From contig FLMG01002622.1 in NCBI GenBank assembly GCA_900088475.1, positions 126,575 to 190,574 of the forward strand: 64,000 bases of DNA, in the 5' to 3' direction. This document shows, piece by piece, positions 1-13,542 of the stretch; position 1 is the stretch's first letter, and the number at the start of each line of letters is the position of its first letter. Made by a program: the position numbers and the translations under genes. Source of the stretch: Hyphochytrium catenoides (taxonomy: Eukaryota; Protista; Hyphochytriomycota). The notes beneath the pieces were generated by a model. It had not been told where the DNA came from. It was given only the letters and a program-made list of their open reading frames with translations, and did no database searches.

Positions 1-268
1 AATGACCGGCTTGCTCGCTTCGTTGTGGATGAGGCACACTGCATTAGCCAGGTCTCCGCCTCTCCTTCTGTCTCTCCTATTCTCTTCTCTCTCTCTCTCT
101 CTCGCCTCTCCTGAAGGTCTTCTCTCTTGTATCCCCTCCCCCTCTTTCCTTTCTTCCGTCACTCGCGGCGGCCCTTGCTAATGCGTATCGTATACCTATA
201 ATTCTCTGTTAAATTCCTCTCCTTACCACCCCTTCCTCTCCTTAGTGGGACAATTGAACCTCTGACTT

Positions 269-333
<65 letters not shown>

Positions 334-3300
334 TTTTAACCTGAAAGTGGGGCCATGACTTCCGCCCAGATTATATGCAACTGAGAACTCTGAGAGAGAC
401 ATACCGCACAGTAAGCTCCTAGACGCCCTTTGTCTCTCTCTCTCTTTCTCTCTCTCGCAACTCCTTTCCCTCTTTAGGTTCTTTTTCAGAACTTACTTAT
501 GTCCCAGCTCTGTCTTCTCTCTCTCTCTCTTTGCACTTGCGATGCTTTATCTCTTCTGTTCTTTTTCAGCCTTACGACTCTAAAGAGACATGGCGTCTTC
601 ATAGTCTCTCTATCTATATTTCCTGGCACCTTCTTTTTCCTACTTCTAGGCTGCTGCGACTACGCCTAACGCATTTACTCTCTCTCTCTCTTTATGCCTC
701 TCTTCTCTCTCTCTCGCCCACTTTCCTTTTCTCCTCCTCTTTGTCTCTCTCTAGGTGCCGATCATGGCCCTGACTGCCACGGCGAATGACAGAGTAAAGG
801 GAGACATTGTCCGGGCGATGAAAATGGCCCAGCCTTACGAGTTGCAGCAGAGTTTTAACAGGTAAAGAACAGGTTTAAGGGAGAGAAAGGGCGGAACAAA
901 TTGAGAGAGAGAGAGAGGGAAAGAGAGAGAGAGAGAGACCGGCGAAAGAGACGGAGAGCGAGGAGGGGTTGAGAGATAGAAGTGGATAATAGGAAGGGAA
1001 CATTCGTGATAAAGAACCAAGAAGACGAGGAGCATAAGAGAGAGAGGTCAGTACATAGGGAGAAAAGAGCGAGGAGATAAATCTTTCTCTCTTTCTCTCT
1101 CCCCGTCTCTTGCCCAAAGGTCCAATCTTCGGTACTACATTCGGCCGAAGAAAGGTTCGTACAAGAGTGATCTGGTCCAGTACATAGCCGCCAGGCCGAG
1201 AGAGTCAGGCATTATCTACTGGTGCGCACACCTTCTCCATCGCTCTCTCTTCACGCTCTTCTCTTTCTGTCTCTCCTTCTCTTCCCTTTCTCTCAGTTTT
1301 ATTCCTCCCTTTCCTCTCTCTTCTTGTTCTCTGATGCTCTTTCATTTTTGCTCTCTCTTGGGAGCGCTGCGTATTATCTCTTTCTTTCTTTCTTTCTCTC
1401 TCTCTCTCTCTCTCTCTCTGAACTCTGTTTCTTCCTTCACGCTTACCTTCCCTCGTGCTTCAGTCTCTCTCGTAATGAGACAGAGTCGATCTCGGCGTAC
1501 TTGGAGACTGCCCTGACAGAGGCGTTGGGTTCGAACATCATCACTGTGGACTATTATCACGCGCAGAGAGATGACAGGGCGTGGGTCCAAGAGAAATGGA
1601 GCAAGGGAGAGATCAAGCTCATTGTGGCCACTGTGGCTTTTGGCATGGGTAAGGTCCAAGAGAGAGGAGAGAGAGAGAGAGAGAGAGAACATAGAGGCGG
1701 AGCCGGAGAGAAAGAGAGGTGTCTTTTGTTGTATAATTGCCGTATAAGAAAGACAGATAAGACGCAAAAAGGGTGCAGAGAGGGAGAGAGAGAGGCGAGA
1801 GAGGGGAGAGAGAGGTCGAGGTCTTTCACTCTTCTACAGGTGGCAAACCTAAAAATCTCTCCTAAGAGGATGAAGAGAGATCCAACAGGAATAGAGAGAG
1901 AGAAGAAAGAGAATGAAACAAAAGGAAGACGATGTGCGAAGATAGAGGCAAACGTGAAGTGAGAGAATAACCATGGAAAAGGCAAGAGAGAGGAACAGTG
2001 GAATGACCCGGTAGAGTAAAGAGATAGACAGTAGAACAGGATAGAGGAAGGAAAAGAATGAGAGACGAGAGCTCGAAAGGAGAGATTCAAACTATTCACT
2101 TTCTACTCTATCGAAAGCTTCCTCCTTTCTTTACAGAAGTGCTCTCTCTCTCGTTTCTCTCTCTCTATTTTCTCTCTCTCTCAAGGCATCAACAAGCCTG
2201 ACGTGCGCTATGTCATCCATATGTCACTGCCACAGTCAGTAACCCACTACTATCAGGTACTGTTTGCTAGTTGGCACTCTGTCTTCGTTTCTCTCTCTCT
2301 TTCTCTCCCCTGCCTTCGAGCTCTCTTTCCCTCTCTCCTGTCGCTTTCTCTTTTTCTGGTACCATACGAGGGGAAGGTGGGAGCACTAGCTCTATCAAAG
2401 TTTGCGACTCTGCTCTTTTTCTGCTCCCCTCGCCTTCTCTCTCGCTCTCTCTGCGGAAATCTATAGAGGTGTTGACTTGCACTTTCTCTTCTCCTCGGTC
2501 TCTTTCTTGTAGGAGTCTGGCCGTGCGGGTCGAGACGGAGAAGTGGCGGACTGCATCCTCTATTATTCGTACAATGACAAGGTACGAGAGAGAGAGAGAG
2601 AGAGAGAGAGGAAACACCTTGCTATGCGTTGACGTCTCCAAGTGTGAAACCTCTTGGCCCATCCTTTCTCTCTCTTTCTAGTCTCTCAGCGCGACGCTCT
2701 TCGCCTTCCTCTTTCTTTACGTTTCTTTCGGTCTTCCTCTCCCTCTCCCTGCCCCACTGTTCCCCGTTCCTTTCCCCCTTTCTAACGCTTTGCCTCTCCG
2801 TTTCTTCCATTCTTCCTGTTTATCTCCCTTCTCTTTTTTCTCCTTGGCACACACTCTTCACTACCAAGAAACGCGTCGAGCGGCTGATTCGGCACGAAGA
2901 GAACCGCAGCTACCAGCGTGTCCACTTGGATAACCTCTATAGGATGGTCGGCTTCTGCGAGAACGAGGTAACAAAGCGATAGAGTAACTCTTGAGAGAGA
3001 GAGAGAGAGTGTGACGGGGAGGCAAAATCGACATACCTTCCAAGTAACTCGAGCTCTTTTCTCTCCTTCCAATGCTGTCTCTTCCTTTCTCCCCCTTTAA
3101 ATCTCTCTTTCTTTTGAGACATCTTCTGCACAAAGCCATTCATATTTCCTCTAATCAGCACCTTTTCTATCTCCATCGTCGCTCTTTCTTGCTCTCTCTC
3201 ACTTTCCTCAATCTTTCTCCCTCGCTCTCTCGCTCTTTCTCTCTCGGTCTCTCTCTTCTCTCCTTCTTTTATCTCTCGCTCTCTGTTCGCTTAAAGGTGG

Positions 3301-4650
3301 AATGTCGTCGGGTTCTCCTTCTCGAGTACTTTGGGGAGCAGTTTGACCGGTCGAAGTGCAATTTGACCTGCGACAATTGTCTCTCCAACGTCAATTTTGT
3401 CACGAAGACGGTGGACGTCACCGATATCGCAAGGGCAGCGCTACAGCTAGGTAAAGAGTTCTTAGAGAAGACAGGAAAGACGGAGAGGAGAGGAAGACCG
3501 AGAGAGAGAGAATGAGAGAGAGAGAAAGGCCGAGGAGAGAAAGGCCGAGAAGTAGAGAACGACTGAGAGGGAGAGAAAGAGACAGACAGCACAGACAGAC
3601 AGAGAGAAAAAAGAGGGAAGGAACAAAAATATTTGTTGCTGGGAGCACGTGAGAGGATCAGGATGCCACTTTCCCCTCGTTCAAAGTGTTGATGTGCTAA
3701 ACTCTCTCTCTTTCTTCCGCGTTCCATCTCTTCGTACTCTTTCTTCCTTGCACAAACCACCACACCTTCTTCCGTTCTCTCTCCCCTCTCTCTCGCTCAC
3801 TCTCTTTTCCCTCTCCATCTCTTTCTCTTCGGACTGGCAGTCGAGGGTTTACGACATGACCGCCCGACTATAACACAGATAACAGAGATACTACGAGGAG
3901 AGAATAACAAGAAAAGCCGAGAGAAGAACTTCGCTTCTCTTCCAGGTTTCTCTCTCGCTAAGGGCAAGTTTACTAAGTTTGAGCTGCACAGAGTGATGCA
4001 CCAGATGATAATGAGAAGCTATCTGCTGGAGGAGGTGCCGCAGCTCTCTCTCTCCTCCGTTTTCCCAGTGGTTTCTTGCCGTCCCTTATTCTATTTCTGA
4101 TCTCTCTCTTCCTTTATGATCTCTCTCTTCCGGAAGCACCGGCAAGATCTCTCCTTTACATTCCCGTAGCTACTGATTCTTGCCCTCATCATCTTCTTTG
4201 CCTTTATGGGCTGCTCTCTCTCTCGTTTATTCTCTCTCTCTCTGTCGTTTAGTTCACTTGGGTCTCGACAATCTAACTCTCTCCCTTTGGTGACTACTTA
4301 TTACTTTTTCTCTGCCGGCACTTTGTTGCTCTTCTTTTTCCCGATCTCTTGGTCTTCCACTCACTTCCTTTTCCCTCTTACTATCCCCCTCTCCGTTCGG
4401 CCCCACGGGCCCTCCTTCTCTCTCGTGTTCTCTTTCTCTCCTCCCACTCTCTCTATCTCTTAAACTCCCGTCTCTCTGTCCCGTTCTCTCTATCTCTCTC
4501 GTTTTTTTCTTTCTTACTTCCTTTCTTTCTTTCTTCACTCTCTTCTTCTCTCTCTTCCGTCTTCCCACGCGGTCTCGTTCTCTCTCTCTCTCTCTCTCTC
4601 TCTCNNNNNNNNNNNNNNNNNNNNNNNNNNNNNNNNNNNNNNNNNNNNNN

Positions 4651-4687
<37 letters not shown>

Positions 4688-6472
4688 GGAGGCTACCAAC
4701 AACATGGGATATACTCACTCGTATTTGGCTCCTGGGGCGGCCGCTGGGCGGCTGAGGGGACCTCAGTCTGACGTTGTGGAGGTGCAAATCAAAACAAAGA
4801 AAGTGCAGCCGCAAAAAGAGAGAAGAAAGGTAGTGCACGCTATACAGTGGAACATAAAGGAGACAGAGGGGAGACAGAGAGGAGGATAGAGACAGAGGAA
4901 GAGAGAAGAGGCAACAGATTGAGACAAAGAAGAGAAAGAGAGAGAATTTGACACAAGCAAGATAGAGGAGAGAGTCGTCAAGATAACAGAAGAGGTGAAA
5001 TTCGAGACATAATAACAGGAGAGAGGGAGATAGAAAAGAGAGAGAGAGAAAGAATTTACAAGTAATGCCCAGAGCCGGGCAGGGAGTATGAACACAGGGC
5101 GGGTGCTTTCAGACTTCAGACAGAAAAAGTGTCAAAGCTAAATAGAGAAAGCGAGAGAGACAGAGAGAGAGTCCATGCAGCTGGCTGCTCGAGCTAACTA
5201 TCTACAATTGCGGCACATCTCCTTTTTGCTGTGTCCTACACTTTTCCTCTCAGGAGAGATCGTCGCGATCAGCTGCTTCCTCGTCTGCTAAAGAGGGAGA
5301 GACAGTCGCAGGGAAAGAAGACGACGAAGATGACGAGTTTGAGCTTCTTGACGGCCTTCGCTCTGCCTCATCTCCTCCTACTCTCTCGCGCTCTCCCTAC
5401 TTTCCCGCAGGTAAGGAACCTACGTTTCCTCTCTTTCCATGACGATTGGGTCGTTTTGCGCCTCTCCTTCCCTTTTCTTTTCTTCTCTCTTTCCCTTTTC
5501 ATCTTCTTCTCTCTTACGTCTCCTTTATCCCATTCTTCTTTCTGTTACTCGTCTCTCGCTTGCTCTCTCATCTCGCTCTCGCTTTCCTCACCTTTCCCGG
5601 GCTCTCTCTCTCACTCTCTCTCTCTCACTCTCTCGTGTTCATCATGTACCTGTAGGAAAGGAAGCTTCTCGTATCCCTCCCGATCATGCTGAGGGTTTGA
5701 CAGAGGCCATTCGCCTCTGGAGAGAGAAGAAAATGCTCGGAAACTCTTCTCTTCGTCTGCATTTTATCCTGATCAACAAGACCATGACGGAGATTGGAAG
5801 ATTGGTGCCGCGCACACCCGACGAACTCATACAAATTGAGGGCATTGGTAGCGCAAAGTAAGAAAAAACCTACCTTCCATTTCTCTCTCTCTCTCTCTCT
5901 CTCTCCCCTTTCCTCTCTCTCCTTCCTTACCTCCTTTCTTCATCTTTGCTCTTTTAGGAGAAACACGCGTCCTAATTTAGCTCTTTCTGTCTTTCCTTTA
6001 TAATAGATTCTCTCGCTCACCCTCAAACGGCCCTCTCTTTCTTGGCTTAACACGATGATACTTTCTCTCTCTGTGTGTCTCTTTCTCTTTCATATGTCTT
6101 TCTCATCCTCTCTCTCTCTCTCTCTTCAGACGTGATAAGTATGGCCCAGAAATTTTGGAGATTGTGGAGAACTATTTGAAGGAGCATTCTCTCTCTCCCC
6201 AGGGAGAATTCTCAGACTACGCTCAAGGAACCAACAGCTCCATCGTGGGAGAGAGAGGAGAAGAGCAAGAAAAGAGCAAAAGTACGGAGAAGAAGAAGAG
6301 AAAAACGCCAGCGAAAGGGAAGAAGAAGGAGACTGGATCCGCAAGCAAGAAGCGCAAGGGAGGAGGCACAAGGAAAGAGACGAAGAGAGATGAAGGAAAA
6401 GAACAGTCAGTCTCTTTCTCTTACTTCGAGGATGACAGTGCTTTTGACTGGGAGCTGAGCAATCTCCCCTAG
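1..6472 (+). CDS. recQ: RecQ-family DNA helicase (BLM/Sgs1-like), 5'-truncated, 14 exons in window: 1-51, 348-410, 754-861, 1120-1221, 1464-1648, 2186-2256, 2513-2581, 2869-2967, 3297-3450, 3841-4034, 4689-4829, 5254-5410, 5656-5857, 6130-6472
   Basis: Spliced translation gives VVDEAHCISQ-WGHDFRPDY, PIMALTATA, SGIIYC, VATVAFGMGINKPDVR, YYQESGRAGRDG, RQC Zn motif CRRVLLLEYFGEQF..CNLTCDNC, a winged-helix region and HRDC (PRTPDELIQIEGIGSAKRDKYG). All introns are GT-AG and frame-preserving; stop TAG at 6470-6472. Confidence 0.95.
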
Positions 6473-6770
6473 GACAGTAAGAGGGAGGCTGTCACTGACA
6501 CAAAAAACTATAGGAAAAGAGAGCGAAAGAGAGAAGGAGAGAGAGAGAGAGAGAAACGGAGCTCCGGCAAAGAATAGTGGCACACAGGGAGAAAAGGAGA
6601 GAAAGTGCCAAAAGACCACTTTCTCAGTTTATTTATGACTTTCTAAAAGGCTTCCTCACCGTCAAAAGTCCCAAAGTCCGCTTCTCTCTCTCTCTCTCTC
6701 CCCCCATCTCTCTCTCCTTGACAAAATATTTCTTGAATCTCCCTTCTTCTGCACATCTCTTTCCCTACTA

Positions 6771-9061
6771 TCAGGAGCTACATCGTACAATAAATTGCTC
6801 TGTCTTAGCACAGAGGAGCTGCCAGTGCTGAGGAGAAGAAGAGAACTCTTGTGTGACTTCCTCTTCTTCACCTCTCTCTCTCTCCTTTCTGGGAGATCCA
6901 TTGGTCCCTGAGCTTTGCTCTCTCCCTACTTTGGCCATCACGTGCAGAGCTTCTCCTAATCGCTGATAGCCTTCCGCTTCAAAGGAGGGGGAGGAAAAGA
7001 AGAGAGGAGAAAGATGAGGGAAGAGGAAAGAGAGAGTGAGAGAGAGAGAGAGAGGTAAAAGACAAAGAGCGTTTTTGCAAGCAAATAGCAGAAGAGGAGA
7101 GGTGTCCTTATAGAGGGGAAGAAATGATCTAGGAAAAGACAGACGCACCAGAGAGACTTAAGCAGAGAGGAGGAAAGAGTTGATTTCCATATAGAGTTGG
7201 ACAGAAAAGAGAGAGAGAGAGAGAGAGACACTAGCGTTACCTGTAAGTGCTGGGGAGCCCGCAAGCGACTCAGCGAAAACATCCTAACAAAAGAAGAGAG
7301 GGAAGAGATGTTTAGTTCTGCCAGAGATACGGCACAGGGGACTAGCCGACAAGCAAAGCCAAATTAAGAAAGCGAGAGACCAGAGAGAGACAAAAGGAGA
7401 GAGAGAGAAAAAGGAGAAAGAGAGAGAGGGCAAAGCCCACAAGAATGGATAGAAAAAGAGTTGGACAACAAGAACAAGTGATGGATAAGAAGTAGGAACA
7501 ACGTAAAAGACCAAGAAGAGAGTGATACGCAAAATGACGGAAAAAGAAGAGAGAGAGAGAGAGAGAGAGAAAGAAGAGAAAGAAAGTACCTCGTAGAGAT
7601 AGACAATCTGTCTAATGACCAACTTCCTCAGGGCCAGAGGAGAGTCAATGATGGTCAGATCAACAAAGAAATAGACGTCATTCTGCACACTAAAACTTAG
7701 CGGAAGAGAGAGCTCTCTCTCTCTCTCTCCCCCGCCTTTCACTCTCTTTCCTGGGCCAACTCTATCTTCCTCTTTCCCTCCCACTTTGCCTGCCTCTACC
7801 AGGGGGGGAGAGAGAGGAGAAGAACGCTCTTTGTTGGCAAGATTCTGTTGTCTCTTTGAGTGCGTTCTGGCAATAAATCGAAAAATTTCTGAGAGGTCCT
7901 CTCTGTAGATCACACAGCGTATCGTCCGTCTTCTCTGTGTGGCAAGAAGGAGAGAGAGAGAGAGAGAGTCTCTCCCATGCGCCCTCTCTCTCTTGTCCAA
8001 GAGAAGCGAAGGAATGTTTGCATAGAGAAGATTATCAGGACCTGAGGACCGCAAGCTTTTCTGGTCCGTCTTGAAGATCTTCTCCGCTGTGTTCAAGAAA
8101 GGCCGGTGTGATAAGCAGAAAAGAAGAGAGAGAAAAGAGAGAAAGGAAGAATGAAAGAAGAATGGAGAGAGAGAGAGAGAGAGAGAGAATAAGATACTTG
8201 GCACACCGAACAAATCAGTAATACGAAGAAAATAGGAAGAAGTGAAGGACAAAAGCGATGCCAAGGCAGAGAACATCAGAAGATGATCTCTCTGGGAAAG
8301 TAAGAGAGAACTAGAGGAAAAGAAGGAGGAGAGAGGTAAGAAAGAGAGAGTGAGATCGGGAGAGAGAGAATAGATGCTGTGCCACCTTGCTTCCTTAGTG
8401 CTTGGTAGACGCTTTCCGTCACGCTTCTCTCCTTTGCCTTCTCCAATCTATGGCGCTTTGCACTCGCGGGAGAGAGGAGCCGGCTGTTCAGAGCTAAAGA
8501 GAGAGAGAGAGAGAGAGGGAGAAAGAGAGAGAGAGAGAGATTGAAGAAGACAGGAGAATTTAGAAGCAGTAAGTACAATGTTTCTAGAAACGAACATGAG
8601 GCCAGCAGAAGGGTCTCGAAGTGGGAGAGAGCGAGAGCAAGAGAGCACACTAGGAAGAGAGAGATAGAGGGGGAGTGGGAAGAGGGGGAGAGAGAGAAAC
8701 AAGGGAAAACAAGAAAACAAGAGAGAAGCGGAGAGAGGAAAAGAGGCAGAGGGCGAGAGAGAGAGTTGGAAGAAAAGAAAGAGAGAGCAAGTATGGAATG
8801 TGCGGACCCGTGAGGGCAACAATGGGAAAAAGGTAAGGAGAGAGGAGAAAGAGAAAGTAGGGAGAGAGGAGAGAAAGAGAGCATTGTGGTATAGCCAAAC
8901 ATACCCGAGAGACCGTCGTTGTCCAGTCGCGAAGCTTCCCTTCCGTCTGTTCGGATAGAGTGACCGTCTTCAGAACGTGACCACACCAACAGCGAGAGAG
9001 TAAGAGAGAGAGAAAAGGAGAGAGAGAGAAAGAGAGAGAGAAAGTGAGAGAGAGAAAGAGA

Positions 9062-9097
<36 letters not shown>

Positions 9098-12059
9098 AAG
9101 ATGATATGAGATTGAGAGGAGCGACGAGAAGGATTGGCATTGCTCGTTAGAACAACGCGAAAAATGGAATAGTAAGTACGAGAGAGATGGAAAGAAACAG
9201 AGAGGAACGAGAGGTGGGAGAAAGAAAGAGAGAAAAGAACCAAAAAGCAGACAAGAGGTCAACGGAGAGGATGAACGATAAATAAGGTTCTTGGAATTGA
9301 GGGTGAAAGTTGATGCACAGGACCCGGAGGAAGACACTAGGGAAGATGGTAAGAGAGAGAGAAAGAGAAAGAGAGAGAGGGAGAGAGAGAGAAAGAAAGA
9401 AAGAGAGAGTATGTTAGTGGCCTATTTCTTCTATCTTCATTCCGTACCCCTCTTTCTTCCTCCCGCTGCTGCACCTCCTCCTTGTATCGCGTGCCTAAGG
9501 CATCTCTCTCCTGAAGAAGAGACAACGGCGGAACATTGCTGGAGCTTCTTCTGATGTGCGCAGAGGAAAGTGCTCGCCTGACTCTTAGGGTTAAGAGTAT
9601 GAAAAGCACTTCCTTCTCTCTCTCTCCCTGATTTCTCTCTCTCTTCTGACGAGCGAGGTCTGCAATCTTGGAATTTGCCTATAACGAAGCTGAAGTCATA
9701 GAGAGGAAGAGAAGAAGGAGAGAAAGAGTCCAGCGCAGCTTTCTCTTGCTTCCATTCCGCGAACTTGACCGTCATCTTTGTCGCTATGGCCTAGTACGCA
9801 TTGAGAGAGAGAGAGGAAGAGGAATAACGAGAGAAGAGACCAGACAGAGAATAGAGAGAGAGAGAGAAAGAGTGATCGAGGATGTAAGAGCGAAAAAGGT
9901 CACTTTGGCGGTAGGACAGCGATAGAAAGCGTCATGCGAAGACAGGGAGAGAGAGAGAGAGAGAGAGAGACANNNNNNNNNNNNNNNNNNNNNNNNNNNN
10001 TTGCGAGAGAGAGGAAGGAGAGACAAAGCGAAAGAAGGAAAAAAATGCAGCCTTATTGTTGAGCTTCTGAGTGGGCAAGGTTAAGCTGGGGACGAAGAAG
10101 ATAGGAGACAGAGAGAAAGCAGAGAGAACGTCATTGGAAAGAGAGAGTTTTGTCGCGGAAAGAAAGAGTTTGGAAGGAGAAAGAGAGAGGATCAATTGTG
10201 CCGTCTTTCCCCTACCGAGAGATCTCCAGGGAGCAGAGCACGAAAGTCCTTGCATGTCTCCAGCATACAGAAGTTTTTCTAGCAAACCAAGCAGCCGGAG
10301 ACGGCGGATAAGTGATGGAGAAGAGAAAGAGAGACAGAGAGAGAGAGAAAAAGAGAGAACAGACTATAAGTGATGTGTCAGGCACAAATGCCAGAGGAGG
10401 AGAATCCTAAGGGAGAGCATCATCTTTACATTAGTAAGGAAGGTCTTGGCGAAGAGAAGAGATATAATGGATAGTAAGATTGGAAAGGGCACACAGAACC
10501 GAGACAAAGAAGAGAGAGAGAGAGAGTGAGCAAGGAGAGAGAGCGAGGGCAGGAGAGAGAGAGAGCAAGGAGAGAGAGAGAGAGAGCACAGGGAGAGAGA
10601 GTTTACTAGATGGTCCAGCTCGGTCTGGTTGTTGAGGTCCACATCAGCAGCAGCAGCTGCTGAGTCAAGCTGATATTGAAAGGCCAGCAGAACTATCTCA
10701 TCCCAAAGCTACCAGAGTAACAGGTCAGAGACAGACAGAGAGAGAGATAAAGAAAGGACAGAGAAAAAGGAGAGAGAGAGAGAGAAAGAGAGGGGAGGGA
10801 GAGAGAGGTAGAAGGAACGTTAAAAATAACAAGCCCCATTCCAGAGAGTAAGTTCTCCACGCATCACCACCAAAAGCTACAATGTTCGACCGCTCTCTCC
10901 CTCTCCCTCTCTCTCTCTCTCTTTATATATATATATGTATGTATATTTCTCTTCTTTCTCTCTCTTTCTTCCCTCGTAGCATGTGTCTTCTCTTGCTTCC
11001 TTACAATTGGAGCCCTAGTGTCCGCAAAGAGGTTGATCAGGGAAGAGAGAGGCACACGTTTCAGTTCTCCCGAGGAGAAGAGTCTTACAGCGCAGCGCTG
11101 AGATTGGATCTCAGAGACGATGCCCCACTGAGGAGAAAGGAGAGGAAAAGGGAGAGTCAATCATTATCATCATGCCTTTCTCCCTTTCCTCCTATACCCT
11201 ATCTCCTGTTAGAGAAAGAGTCATCTCTCTTCACCTTGTTTTTCTCCTTCCCTCTTCATTCGCGTTCATCCTCTCCTTTCATGTTGGCATAGATACAAAG
11301 CCCTTCTGTGTATTTGTGGCATTTTTGTCTCTCTCTCTCTCTCCTCTCTTCTTTTCTCTTTTTTCTTCTCGCTCTATCTCTCCCAAACTCCAATTCTCTT
11401 GGCACCCTCTGTCTCTCTCTTATCTCGATTAGGCCCTACTCTTTCCACGGCAATACTCGTCTCTCTCTGTGTCTCTCTCCCTCTGTCTCCCTTTCCTTGC
11501 GCCCACATCTCTCCTTTTCTCCCTCTCTCTCCTCTAGGCTTACCTCTCTCTCGCTGCTCACCACCACCGATCCAACGTCAATGTCTGTCATAAACGTAGG
11601 AGAAGAAATCTTTCTCTGTCCTGAGCCTCCTTCTCTCTTGCACAGAAAACTCTTTCCTGTAATGGACTCGGAGAAAATAGGAGAGAGAGAAGGGGAAGAG
11701 AGAGCCTTGTGTTGGCCATGAGAAGGAGAGAGACAGTCCCAATGGGCGGCAAACGTGCAGCGGACACAAGATCCACCGGTTCGAGAAGAAAGAGAAGAGC
11801 TACAGAGAGCGCAAGAGTGACGGGGACAGAGAAAGGTGGCGCCTTTCTCCCCTTTTGTGCTCCTCTCGCCGGGTTCTTTGGCCTTCAGGGCACAACTGCG
11901 GCCCGAGAGAGCGAGAGGAAGAAGAAGGAAAGACAAAGGGAGAGGGAGAGAGAGAAAGGGAGAGAGACAGAGGGAGAGAGGGGGGAGTGGGGAAGAAGAG
12001 CACATTTTGGTTAGAAAGAAGAAGAAGGACGTGTCACGAATAGTTGAGTTGGGGATATA

Positions 12060-12106
<47 letters not shown>

Positions 12107-13542
12107 AGAAGAGGGTGCGAGAGAGAGACAAAGAGTAACAGATGGGAAGTAGTCTTCTCTCGCGTTCCTCTTCTTACCCCTAGAAGAGAGACTATAAATA
12201 CTAAAAAAAAGACGACGGATAGAAAGGAAGAGAACCCACAACAATTTGCTTGGACTTCTCTCCTGTCTCTCTCTTTCCTGCCTCTCTCTCTCTCTCTCTG
12301 ACATTTAGAAGCCGCTTACCCCGGATGTATAACGACCCCACAGTTAGGGGCCGCACAGCGAAGAAGAGAGACTCTCTCCACGCCAAACTTTTTGCAGCCG
12401 CTACACTGCCTGATGCCTGTGATGCACTCTGGACAAAGCCACCGGGATGACTCCTCTCCTGGCTTTCCTCTCTCTTTCTCTCTCTCTTGATACTCCTTGT
12501 CTTTCCTCTCTTTCTTCGTCTTCTCCTCTTTATTCTCCTTTCCTGCTCGGCGCCCCTTGGAGTCTAGTCTCATCTTCTTGTTCTTCGGTCCATCTTCTTC
12601 TTCTTCGTCGTCTTCCTCCTCTTCTCCTCGTTTTTTCTTTCTCTCCCCGCGCTGTCTCTCTTTCTCGTCCGCTTTCATTATCACTACTTCGATGGTAGAT
12701 CTGGAAGACTGTCCCTTTGTCCTCAGTCTCTCTCTTTTCTTCTCATCTCTCTGCTCTTCCAAGCAGAACGGATGGAAAGAACGAAAGCACCGTCCGTCAC
12801 ACATCCAGAGATCGCCTCCTTCCCCACAAAGGTAGCACAGATCGTCGTGTAAGTCAGAGATATCAGCCGCAGGACCGTCATTTCCTCCGCTTCTTTCCCT
12901 CGGCCGGGAAGAAGAGAAAGAAGAGAGAGAAGGAAGCTTACTCGCCCGATAAGAGAAGCATGGCCGGTCTTTTCCCGTTGCATCAAGGCCGTTACCAGCT
13001 CCACCATTACCATTTCGTGCCAATTTGTTAGCCTTTTTGCTAAGGAAAGATGATCCAGAGCCGCTAACCGCCTTCTCTCTTACTTTGGTATGAGAGATGG
13101 TGGTCTTCGTCCCGTTCTCTCTTTCTCTCCCTATGTCTCTCTCTCTTTTCTCTCCTTCCCCATTCTCTGTCTTGATCTTCTCTCTCTCTCTTCCCTCCTG
13201 CTCCTGCTGGCGAGAGGCACAAGCTTCCACATGTCTCTCCACGACGGAGAGAGCGACAGAATGGCCAAACTTTTGATTGCAGAGAGGGCAATGGCGCGAG
13301 AGTTCTCCGCTGATGCCAAGCTGTTTCCTCCTCAGACAAGCGCTGACATGTCTGTCCATGGCCACAGGGTTAAGAAAGAGACGGCTGCAGATGGGACATT
13401 TGATGTCTTCTTCTCTCCCTTGTGCTACTATTGAGGAAGGGTCTATCTTCTCTGTCTCTCGTCTCTTGTCTTTCTCTCTTTTCTCTTTCTCTGTCTCTCG
13501 CTCTGGAGTGGACTTGGGTGTCCTAGATGTCATGCTCGCCAT
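6771..13542 (-). CDS. Multi-exon nuclear protein: two UBZ-like C2HC zinc fingers, NSD/EDM2-type PHD fingers, a possible Tudor/PWWP-like segment and an unassigned C-terminal region
   Basis: Exon 13542-12320 encodes CPICSRLF..MDRHVSAC, CPLCNQKF..ERHVEAC and DDLCYLCGEGGDLWMCDGRCFRSFHPFC...WLCPEC..CSGC..RCAAPNCGVVIHPG. Exon 11895-11544 adds C..FLCPRHSCALC...CVRCTFAAHWDC. Further exons at 11127-11005 (WGIVSEIQSQRCAVRLF), 10708-10607, ~8490-8385, ~8090-7590 and 7283-7241, with a last exon ending at stop 6771. Exons below ~10.5 kb are only partly resolved and could belong to a second gene. Confidence 0.7.
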
